Shown here piece after piece: positions 1 to 11,000 of a stretch of 29,953 bases of DNA. How positions within the stretch are numbered: position 1 is the first letter of the stretch; every line of letters begins with the position of its first letter. The stretch comes from a virus (lineage: Duplodnaviria > Caudoviricetes). The translations under genes and the position numbers were made by a program. Below the pieces are notes generated by a model. That model was not told the origin of the DNA. It was given only the letters and a program-made list of their open reading frames with translations, and searched no databases. The DNA lies in IMG/VR virus record IMGVR_UViG_3300006105_000081, positions 1-29,953 of that record; one strand, written 5' to 3'.

Positions 1-11
1 TGATAGGTCAT
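1..11 (-). CDS. 5' end of next gene (MTY...), truncated by window edge; possibly another fibre/baseplate protein
   Basis: The minus strand reads TAAGGATTTATA-ATG ACC TAT directly after the stop of the 414-aa gene, giving an AAGGA Shine-Dalgarno at a normal spacing from ATG (11..9). The start MTY resembles MAAY of the preceding gene. Confidence 0.6.
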
Positions 12-20
12 TATAAATCC

Positions 21-1265
21 TTATTTAACTGACACGAACGCAGTAACTATACCCTCACCTGACGTATCTTTGCTTGATAATGCACGACCAATAGTATTGA
101 ATGCATTCTTCTCATTAGAACCGGCTGATCTAGCCTTGCCTTTTCCTGCACTAACTAACCAATCACCTTTACGAACTTGTCCAATGACTTTAACTGGGAC
201 ACGACCGCTAAGTGCAACCGGTGGATGAGTTTCATCAGTATAGCCTTCTTTGCTATTCATAATGTATGCAGCTTTCTTACTAACTACACCAAATACTCTG
301 TCGCTTAGTTCTTCTACTACGGCAGTGATTTCTTTATCACCACCTAATTCAACTACAGTACCTTCATCATACAACGTATCTGCTTCAAATCTTTCTGCCA
401 AGTCAGCGTATGTTGCTTGAATTGTTGAGCCTGATGTTAATGTCCAAGTACCACTAATATCACCGCCGCCTGCCAAATGACTTGTAGTAACTTTAGTTGG
501 TGCAATATTTCCTGTAAACTGAGTTACACCTGTACCAGTTAGATAATTATATACATTGGCATTAGTATAGCTACCGGCTGGGTTAAATAAACTACCGTCA
601 CTATTCATATAACGATCACATCTAATGCCATTAAGACTACTAGCATCAAACGCAATATCACCTGATTTAATATACAATGCATAACCACCACCGTAACCAA
701 TATTGGTTGCTTCACCAGTTGCGTTACCATATAATGTCCAAGCACCAGTTAATATACCGCCGGTTGTTGTTCCACCAGTTGAAACATTAGTAGTTGTCAA
801 CGCACCTATTGTACCAGATGTAATTATTGCAGCATTTATGGTTGCTGTTCCTGAGATTGTTTCTAATCTAGCAGTAAGTGTATCTGTACTAGTTGAATTA
901 GTTACTGTTAAATTGTTGGTCGTGATGTTACCAGTTACAGTAACATTACCCAATGTTGCACTGCCGCCTGAATTTGTACTAGTTAATGTTATCCAGGCAA
1001 GAGCATTACTTTCCCCGTCTCTTGGGCAAATGTTAAGTGTATTAAGTGTTGTGTTGAACCAAAGTTGTCCAAGAATTGGATTAGAAGGTGGAGTAGGATT
1101 ACTAAAGTTTTCCAACATTCTAATTAGATTTGTATCTAATCCTTGACCATATCCTGAGCTGTTACGCCCAAATAAACTTAGTGAGGAACTAGTCGTATTG
1201 ATTGTTCCATCTTGAATAGTAGTCAATGTTTGACCATTACTTCTAACGATTGTATATGCAGCCAT
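21..1265 (-). CDS. Tail fibre/spike-like virion protein with C-terminal intramolecular chaperone/autocleavage (Peptidase G2-like) domain
   Basis: The N-terminal module DGT..LSLFGRN..GYG...N..MLENF...P.NP..GQLWF is typical of baseplate-attached fibre proteins of large myophages. The middle is a Thr/Gly/Asn-rich beta-repeat shaft. The C-terminal module from aa 286 reads YADLAE..GTVV..GVVS..PVAL.GRVPVKV.G.V.KGD.LVS..IGRAL. A GGAG SD lies at 1276-1279. Confidence 0.75.
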   Translation of the reverse strand: MAAYTIVRSNGQTLTTIQDGTINTTSSSLSLFGRNSSGYGQGLDTNLIRMLENFSNPTPPSNPILGQLWFNTTLNTLNICPRDGESNALAWITLTSTNSGGSATLGNVTVTGNITTNNLTVTNSTSTDTLTARLETISGTATINAAIITSGTIGALTTTNVSTGGTTTGGILTGAWTLYGNATGEATNIGYGGGYALYIKSGDIAFDASSLNGIRCDRYMNSDGSLFNPAGSYTNANVYNYLTGTGVTQFTGNIAPTKVTTSHLAGGGDISGTWTLTSGSTIQATYADLAERFEADTLYDEGTVVELGGDKEITAVVEELSDRVFGVVSKKAAYIMNSKEGYTDETHPPVALSGRVPVKVIGQVRKGDWLVSAGKGKARSAGSNEKNAFNTIGRALSSKDTSGEGIVTAFVSVK

Positions 1266-1289
1266 TTATATTTTACTCCGCGTTTTCTA

Positions 1290-1297
1290 TATTTATC
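1290..1297 (-). promoter_or_regulatory. Late-promoter-like octamer GATAAATA (variant of T4 late TATAAATA)
   Basis: It lies in the 32-nt gap upstream of the 414-aa gene, ahead of its SD. The identical octamer occurs in two other intergenic gaps. Confidence 0.65.
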
Positions 1298-1918
1298 TTA
1301 AATTGTGATCAAGTTCGTCAAGCTTTGTATGCGAACTGTATAATCAATTTGAATTTGTCTGTTTAAACTCTTTTGCACTGGATGAAAAATCACATGTGTT
1401 AGTAATGTAGTTAATTCATTTCCGTTGCTATCTAACCCATATGTACCTAATAAACCCAACTCATCAAAGACATAATCACTTTGCAATAATGTCCCGTTAT
1501 CAAAGGCTTGTTGCCCTGCAGGCTCACCGTAATCCAATAAACAATTGACAACAATATCAGTATAAACTTTACCACTGGTATGTGTTACTGTCATTTTATT
1601 TCTTACTGGATTATCATTTAAGATATTTGTGTCATCAACAATTTTTGTATATGTTTGATTATACAAACTAGCATTTTGACCAGTTGTATTGGTTGGTAAA
1701 TATGTAATAATACCGGTTTGGTCTACACTACTGCCACCGTTACCAAAAGCCATTTGAAAAATAGTCCCTTGACCGCGATTACTAAGTGCATTTGCAATGG
1801 CTATGCTGATATTCTCATAGTGAATAGCATTGTGCCCATCATAAAAAACTTCTTTACTGTTTGGATCATAGACTTTCAAAAAGCCCTCGATTGACAGGGG
1901 GATATTTAGTTTACTCAT
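1298..1918 (-). CDS. Putative baseplate/tail-fibre attachment structural protein (206 aa)
   Basis: Intact ORF between the giant wedge gene and the fibre gene, with motifs MAFGNGG, LDYGEP, FDELGL and LLTHVIFHPVQKS.NR. Its start overlaps the upstream stop (TAATG). Confidence 0.65.
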   Translation of the reverse strand: MSKLNIPLSIEGFLKVYDPNSKEVFYDGHNAIHYENISIAIANALSNRGQGTIFQMAFGNGGSSVDQTGIITYLPTNTTGQNASLYNQTYTKIVDDTNILNDNPVRNKMTVTHTSGKVYTDIVVNCLLDYGEPAGQQAFDNGTLLQSDYVFDELGLLGTYGLDSNGNELTTLLTHVIFHPVQKSLNRQIQIDYTVRIQSLTNLITI

Positions 1919-2070
1919 TAATTGTCGCCTCGTATTTGTACTAACACTTCTTCTGTGTTAGGGTCGTAAATCTTTATTGCTGAACTAAAGAGAAACCCGC
2001 CATTTTCATCTGTGGGCTTTTCTTTGGATATTTCCTCATCTTTTTTTTCTGGGATTTCGTTCATAGTCAT
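1918..2070 (-). CDS. Small hypothetical protein (48-50 aa) absent from the ORF track
   Basis: Hand translation gives MTMNEIPEKKDEEISKEKPTDENGGFLFSSAIKIYDPNTEEVLVQIRGDN*. It fills the gap exactly, and its TAA overlaps the next ATG (TAATG). An alternative start is ATG at 2064. Confidence 0.8.
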   Translation of the reverse strand: MTMNEIPEKKDEEISKEKPTDENGGFLFSSAIKIYDPNTEEVLVQIRGDN

Positions 2071-2071
2071 G

Positions 2072-2079
2072 TATTTATC
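2072..2079 (-). promoter_or_regulatory. Late-promoter-like octamer GATAAATA
   Basis: It occupies most of the 11-nt gap between the giant gene's stop and the small ORF, and is identical to the motifs at 1290 and 22237. Confidence 0.65.
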
Positions 2080-2081
2080 TT

Positions 2082-5000
2082 TCAATAATGCCCGTATTTT
2101 AAGAAAGTAGCCGTTGGACTAGTGCTTAGTTGTAACGGATCTCCATTGACTTCATCAATATTATTAGTATTCCAGCGTTTATTATAGTAATTAGGATCAA
2201 GGGTAGCATTAGCAGTTAATCCAGTTACTTGTTCATACATGCTATGAACCTCTGCAACACTAGTTCCTAGAACTCCTCTAGTCAATCCACTTAGTGTATT
2301 TGCAACCAAATCTACCATTGAATATCTTATTTTTTCATTGTTTATTTTAACAATACCCTGAGTTGTACCCTTATCAATGATATTTTGCAAATCATACACA
2401 TAGATTGAAGAATCAGAGGGTAGCAAGTCTGTTACTAACCATGATGTAATTTCTATATTGTTACGATAAATTAAGGTGTTGTTATTTTTATCTATATCGA
2501 CCGTATAACTTAACGCATTTGGACTTGACCCTTTTGCCATAATAGTAGCTACCACTTCATCCCCTGAATTAATAGTAGTTGCTATGTTTAAGTTTGCACC
2601 GTCATATGTGACAACACTAGGGTCTACACGTTGACCATTAATTGTTACCCAAACTTTAGTAGGATCACTATATTCAACTAAATCAATTATTCCGTAATAA
2701 AATAAATCTTGAACTGTATAAGGTGCACTTGTCCATACAAGAGTTTTTAAATACAAACGCTGAACTTCGTGGTATGTGGTCACCGCTACTAAATCATCAC
2801 TACTTACTGGATTATTAAACACCAATGTAGCTACATTAGGTCGATTGACTGGATCAGGAACTGTAATAGTATACTCTACTCCGGGAGTTGGGTCTCTTCT
2901 AATACCATTGATTTCAACAATTGCATTGGTTGCATTATCACCTAAGGCAGCACCGGGCGGCTGTGAATAAGTACCGCCTATGTAGTTTGTTAAATTAAAG
3001 GTGTCCGTAGAACTTCCTGTGAACAACTGTGTTTCAGGGATACTAAACAAATATTCAGTAGTATTATAATCATTCAAACTTGTGTCTAATAAAGTAAACG
3101 TAATATAATCTGTTTCTTGATCATATTCTGTAACAAAAGTTATTATTGTATATGCATATACCCCAGTTGTGAAATCAATTGTATAATCTTGATTGTATAC
3201 TAGAGCTGATCCATTGACATATATCACTGGTTCTACTTGAATTGGTTTATATTTTATATCTAATTGTATGTAGGAATTACCTTGATCATTCGTTCTCAAC
3301 GGAACATAATCTGTACTGCTCTTAAAGTATTCTTTACCGTTACCAATTTCATATACTTCAATTGTAATTTGATTATCATTTGTTAAAGAATCAGATAATG
3401 TAATTTCTTTATTATACCAATCAACTGTATAACTCAATGGACTATTTGCTGAAGACTGTTCATAAATTCTAGTTCCGGTATGAGTAATCATATCCATTAC
3501 AAATACACTAATTTGTGCAGGGTACAAAGCCATACTAGCAAAACTTACTTTATTTTTTATAGGAGTTGTTGTTTTACTAATCATTGAGAAACCATTGTTT
3601 TCTACAATTAATTGTCCGCTAATAGCGTTGGTATCATCCCAGTAACTTCCTGGAGCTGAAACTACGGTCATAGATAATGAGTCTGTCATTAGACCAGGTA
3701 TCATTTCTTCTGGACCGTATCCAAATAAGAAATCGCTGCCTTTGATTGTGCTATATGGTAATTTTTCTATTGGATCTACATCACTAGTTGGTTGTCTAAT
3801 GACACTTGTATCTAGCCATGTAGTTCCATCCATACTTTGTAATATAGTACCTTTATCACCTGCGGCATAGAAATAAACACCATCATTGATTATAGAATAT
3901 AAATTGTTTGTCGTAGCTCCACTTACATCAAGCCAATCTATTCCATTTGTTGATCTTAGGATAACTCCACTGTCTCCTACTAATATGAATATACCATTAG
4001 CATATGCACCTTTATTCAAGGCGTTAGTATTACCATTTCCAGATATATCTCCCATCAACCAATTAAATCCGTTTGTACTATAGAAAACTGAACCACTAGC
4101 ACCGGCAATAACAATGATGTCAGGAGAATAAGTGACCAAGTGTACACTACCTATTCCTAAAAATTGATTGTCAGTTACCATCCAATTGTTACCATCTATA
4201 CTAGCCATAATGTAACTTACAGTTTGTGATAGATGATTTGAATCACTTGCTGTTGTTTCACCCACTGCTATGAATCCATCAAAATATGTTGTAATTACAT
4301 TTTCCATGTCATTGATGATTGCAGGATATTGACCAGTTAATAATGCAACAGTTTCCCAAATTACGCCATCGATACTCTTAAGAATTTTATCGCCTGCTGC
4401 GTAATAATACCCCTGTGTGTAAATCACTTTGTTCAATATACCATCAGGGCATACAATTGGACTACTATCAAAATTGTTATCATCGTATGGAGTCATACCA
4501 TAGTTAGTTGACTGTCCAACACCCAACCAGTTTTCTAAATCGTGACTCAACAATAAAGAATTATGGTATGTGTTATCAGTCACCACATACTGTTGGTGAT
4601 CAGTATTATAATTTAAACTAGTTAATTGTAATACTGAATTTGATATTGAAAAGTTATTCCAATTGATACCGTCAGTACTTGTTAATACACTAGAATGTGT
4701 TGATGATTCTGATAATGCTACATAATTTTCACCGTCGTAAATCATGGCTTTGATACTTACATCTCTAGGATAGAATATTTGGTCTTTTACTACCATGTCT
4801 ATCGGATAAGAATCTTCTGGGCTAAAGCTGTTACCATAATATACATCATTGGGGTACGAGGTTCCTTTGACTAGTTGTTGTATATCTTTTGGTATCATAG
4901 TTGCAGATGGTTGATAGTAAATAACAATTCTATCTAAAGCGTTTAATTTACGGTCATCTGCTTGTAGTTTAGTCCATTTAGCGGGATCAAATACACTATC

Positions 5001-8000
5001 ATTATTACTTTGAATACATGTATAAGCACTACCGTTATAAAGAACCAATGCAGTTGCATCATATACATAACCCTCACCTGAATAGATAGGTTCTGGTATG
5101 TATGCATAATCTGTATTAAGTGATCCTATATAATTTGAAGCAGTTCTATTGGTAATGTTGCTATAATCAGTATACACATACTGATTGTATGGTAAGGGGA
5201 TTCGTCTTGCCGAATCTTTGAATACTTGCACATGTGTGTCATCGATGGGATTTAAGTAATATATTTCATAGAACCCAACCGCTATACCACCAACTGTTGC
5301 ACTAATGATTGGATTATTTCCAATCAAACTACCTGTATGTACTGTGATTGTAGCATCATTGACTCCAGCTATGCCACCCAATAAAGCACCAGATATCACA
5401 ATCTTATTTTGTGTAGTATCATTATAGCATGTACCATAATTTAATATTTTAATGAAATATTCATTATTAACTGAGTTTGGATTAAATCTAGGTCTATGAA
5501 TTTCTATTTTTGCACCACCGCCGACATCCATTGTTGTTGACGCTAATGATTGGCTGTTGTTTACTGTATAGGTACCCGTACCGCCTGCAATGTATATGTT
5601 CAACGAACTATTAACTACAGCAGTTGTATTGTTACTTATAATGATTGAACCAGTTACATAATTAACAAAAGTAACAAATGTGTTAGCAGGTATGCCAGTT
5701 ACTGGCTGAACAAATTGACCAACCAACACTCTAGAAATATCATTTAGTGTAAACGAACTCAATAATAATGTATTTGTGCCAACAGTAGCTTGAGCCGCAG
5801 TTGCAGTTGCAACTGGCGTTTCAGTAGCAGTTAATTGCGCAGTAACATATGTACCCGATACTACCCCACCGTTGTGTAACAGATAAGGTATACCAAGATT
5901 ACCACTGTTAACAGTAGTTACTGTTAAAGTAGTACCAGATATGCTTCCAACTATATTACCGGTAAAATTAGAATTAGTATCATCATAGATGTATGAATTT
6001 AAATTACGATAAAAATAAACTTTACTACCTTGAATTTGTCCAGGTTTTAATCCACTTAAAGCATAGTCTAATGAAACAATTGAGTTACCATTGCCATCTG
6101 CATATGAATTAGTAATTGGTAGAACTACGCCAGCTAAACTTGATAGATATGCATCAACCGCAGTACCAGAAACTGATAATGTGTGTATTGAGCCATTGGT
6201 TGCAGGTGTACCAGAGAAACTGATTGTAGTGATAGCACCCTGACTTGTGATACCAGTAACAGTAATAGTCACATCATTTGTTGTACTTACCCCATTGAAT
6301 CTACCGCCGGCAAATGTGAACTGATCACCCAATACATAATTAATACCAGGTGATGCAACTGTTACTGCATAATTAATACCATTACTTACTATTGTAAATA
6401 AGGCAGCAGTACCAGATGTACCTGTGTATACATCAGCATTAAGTCTAGTATATGTGTTAAGTAATCCAGTAACTGTAATCACACAATCATTGATACTATC
6501 TGTTCCACCCAAGTGACTACCAGTAATAGTGATAGTATCATTGATATGATAGTGATTACCTGAATTAGTTACTGTAACAGAATAATTTCCACCAATGAAC
6601 ACATTATATACAGTGAAAACTGCACCGGTACCATTTCCTCCTGTACCAGATAGGTTTGTATAAGGTTGACTGTAACTTAATAATGTACTTTGACTTATTT
6701 CAGTCCCCAAACTATTGAATGGGCTAGAATAATATTGACTTGGTACCCATTGTTGTACTTTTGGTGCATAGCTTGTTCTATCAAAACGCATTGTATTTTG
6801 TATTGTTCTTACCAATGTGTTTGTTGTTTGTGGAATTGCACGTGCAGTAAGACTAAAGGTATATGTAGTACTTGCATTTTCTATTCCAGCAAATACCAAT
6901 TGATTTTCACCTTTTAAACTTGCCGCATGTGATTTATGTAATGTAATCTGTGCAAGTTCGTTTTCATTTATAGTCGCAACAATGTATACATAATAGTATC
7001 CATCAAGAATGCTTGTATGAGTTGGATCGCTAGAGGTGCTCTTAATTAAGTCACCAGTAACAAAGAACGTACTAGGTATTAAAATTGTATGAGTTGTGGC
7101 ATTGATTGCATTTTCATCAAATGTAACATCGTAGCTACTTGAGAAGATGATTTCAGGTTTGACTGCATAACCAGCACCCGGGTCCACAACTACTACCGCC
7201 GCAACTTGATCGCCGTTCATCACAGGAGACAATACTGCTGGTGTTGTTGGTTTTGGATATATCGTAGTATCTATATACGCAGTAACACTTGGTGGATTAA
7301 CATAATTGCGACCACCATCTAATACCATGATTGCAGGTAAATTCATTACTACTAGTTCACCCGGTAAATGTGTTATTACTGTTGTGTTCTCAAGACCCCT
7401 AGTTAGTCCTGATACTAATCCGGTTTCTCTGTTGATATTATTATAACCAATTGCTTCCCCGTTGATATACATTACTCCTTGAATTGGTAATCCACGAGCA
7501 TTATCAATGTATAAAATATTATCAACAGTGGCTACATATTTTGTAACTGATGCTACTGTTTGATTTGGTATGTCAATTAGCGTCAATCCAAAATTTTGAT
7601 ACCAGCTACTATATGCATCGGTAGTCCAAATAGATGCACTTGCACTATATTCATCATCGTTACTTAATGTCGCATTGCTATCGTACACTAATTTAGGGGT
7701 TGTGAATACGTTTCTAGTAGCATCATATATAGCAGGCAAATCAAAATCAGTCATATAAGACTCAGTAGAATCATAGCCTGTGTAACTAAATGATATATCT
7801 TTAACTACTGTATGATACGGTTTTATTTCATCCACGTAGCCACTTAATAATGTTGAGTTATCAAGTTGATATTTTGTTTCTTGAATTAATGGGCGAACCA
7901 CATAGTCAATATCTACAAAGCTAGTTTTGTTTAGCCATGGCAGATAATTATGTTCTAATGTGTTTTCACTTTGGATGTATTCAAATAACAATATCAATGA

Positions 8001-11000
8001 TTCATTTCTATATTTTAATAGAGGTCCTGTAAAAATTTGCTCGTTCAATGCACGTATGATATAACGTGTTTCAGTGCTAGGGTATTGATCAAATGGTAAT
8101 GTATCAAAGAAACTATCACCAAATCCAATACGGTTACCAGCATAATCCCATAACATACTATTAATTTGTATAGTGCCGTCTTGTAGACCAACACGATTCC
8201 ATTGTCCACTAGTGTAAGCATATACTTCACGCTTACCTTGACCATTGAACCTAACACCGACAATCATACCTTCACTAGGTGTTAATTTTAACAAATCAGC
8301 ATATATGTTTACTTCAACTGTTGTTTTTGTACTATCACTATAACCTGTATCCCAATAGTAAACATATGACCAATATGCAGTTGTATCATAATATGTTCCC
8401 TGTGCGCTTAAGAAAGTTAAATTACTGACCTCAGTAACTGGGTACTGCAATAGTACTGTATTGCAGTACTCTAAATAATTTTTCAATGCATTGAATCTAT
8501 CTACAAAGAAACTTTGTCTTGGTCTTACATTAACACCGGTGCGCATATATGATGGTAAATTAAGATCAGGCACAACTTGCCCGCTTAAATCATCACCTGC
8601 AAAACTATCTAACATTCTACTGTACAATCCAATTGGGGTTGTATAGCCACGTGATGGATCAACAAATCCGGGTAGAAAATCTTCTGCAAAATTACTTCTT
8701 ATTAGTTTAAATTCATTGCGTAATGGAGCTTCACTAACACCAGTACTAAATCCAATATGCATATTAGTTTGTACACCGTGTATATAATCTCGGCTGTTGT
8801 ATAAAGCATATGTACTAGCGTCCAATGGTGCAAAATAACTAATACCTGAGTTCTGTGGGTCGGTGATATAATTTTCTAGAATACTATCACTTAGTGTTTT
8901 ACCATTGTATATTTCATTTGTATTTCTGACCCAATAGTAATATTTGGTAACCAATTGGCTTGTGGAGTCAACTGAATATCCAACTACATATTTTTCAATA
9001 TCTAATACAGTACCTGCACCAGTATAATTAACTGGTAGTACTGAATTCTCAGTCCAAGAGTATACAGTAACTGTACTACCCGGGAATATACGACCCCAGT
9101 TAACACTATTGTAATGTAAATCATCTTGATGATAATTTAAAAATTTTGTATTAGAAGTATTGAACCAAAGTTTACCAACATGATTAGTTCCCCATACTAA
9201 TTTACCGGTTGTATATTTAGGTGAGTTGTATCCAGCTGGATCACTATCTGATATAAAATCTAAATTTTCTCTTACTGCACCTAATAATTTACCATTCAAT
9301 GGATCAAAATAATCTAAACTATCTAATGTGTCATCATTTACATTATCATACAATTTAATTTGTTGTATCTTATCTAAATCAACAATTTCAGTAGGATTTC
9401 TGTAAATGTGCCAATTGTTAATTTTAGATTTGTTTTCATAAATCGTTACTCTACCGTTTGCACTAGAATATCCTAAGTTATCTTTATGTAACGATTGATT
9501 GATTTGTATAATTGCATTTTTGACTGGTGCAACATTGAATACTAATAATGATCCAACAATATGATATGCACCTGTATACAATTCAGTAATTGATACTACA
9601 TCACCCGGATTTAAGCGATTTATAAAAGTTAATGATGTATTATTAACAATGTAATTAGATCCAGGTAAGCTGGGACTACCTGCTACTTGAAGCACTCCAT
9701 TAACTGTGACAAATAAAGAATTTTGAGTTGCCCCTGCAGTTAATGTATACTTAAGCGTTTTACCATCATTGATATAAGTTTTAGCTGGATTAGATATTCT
9801 TTGTACTATGCCATTCAATGTAACCTGAATGTCGTTTGACGATAATCCGCTATAAATTGAATAAGATTTAGTTGTACCGTCACCTGTATATGTAGATGTG
9901 CTAACTGCTATGTCTGCTTTAAACTTTGGACTACCAACCATCAATGTATCATTATTGAATGCTATGCTGGCGCCATATAAAGGTGTTGCCCCGTAATCAC
10001 TAATGTCATCATTACAACTTTGTGCATACACAAACTGCCCTGCATTTAATAAACTTTCATCATATGTTGGAATATAATCAAATATATATACTGCACCGGC
10101 TTCTGGGAACTTATCTTCAAATGTAGTTAAATTATTATCAAAAACTGTGTTGTTATGTATATCAGAAGTGAGATTATCAAATGAAGTAGATGCATAACTT
10201 GTTGCGTGAGGTGCAGTTACTGCAAAAGAACTTTTTTCATTAAACAACACATGCTCGCCAAAATAGCTACCTTCTTGTGCATGTGGTTCACGAATAACTT
10301 GTGTTTTGATATAAGGTGCGATCCCCAAGAAGAAGAATTCGTTGCCATTAAATACATTGATATCTAATTTGTTATTTTCTTCACCTATTGATTTATTGAG
10401 TAAACGAATTCTTAGTAAATTATCACCGGAAGGTGTATCAAATACATAAGCAATTACATTAGGAACTGCCGCATTGTTGATTGCATTGGCAGCAGTATAC
10501 GCATCACCTACTGGAATTTGTACGCTATAGCCATTCAATAGAATATACGATTCTGTCATTTGACCAGTACCGTTAACACCAATTAATGCAGTAATTGTTC
10601 CGTATTTTTTACCTTCATGTGTAAATCTATATACTGCACCCTCTTGGCCAGGCATTGTCAAGTCATGCGGACAACCCACAATTACTTCAGTACCAGTACT
10701 ATTACATGATATTGATTTACCAAATTGTTGTCCAGGTATTACACCATCAGGACTTTCATAACTTGTTAATTGTTGATCAACTACGAAATTAGGTGATTTA
10801 ATTGATATGATATCACCTGCTACTAAACCTGATATCTTTACATAAACACTATCATTTATAGATCCAAATGCATATCTACTTGTATCTAGTTTAGATCCAT
10901 TCAACCACAGAGATGTTCCTACACCCGGAATAAAATCTAAGTATAATTCAAAAACATTTCCTGCAGGAGGAGTAAAATCTATTTCATACTTTTGTTCTAA

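Noticed and set aside
2041-2048. A8 run (GAA AAA AAA G) in the mini-gene as a programmed frameshift fusing it to the next gene
   Set aside because: The -1 frame hits AGA TGA immediately and the +1 frame stops before 1918, so no fusion product is possible.
2070-2084. TGA read-through from the giant gene into the mini-gene, or stop-codon reassignment
   Set aside because: The mini-gene is out of frame and another TGA follows four codons later. All genes are intact under the standard code (nine TAA stops, one TGA), so nothing indicates recoding.
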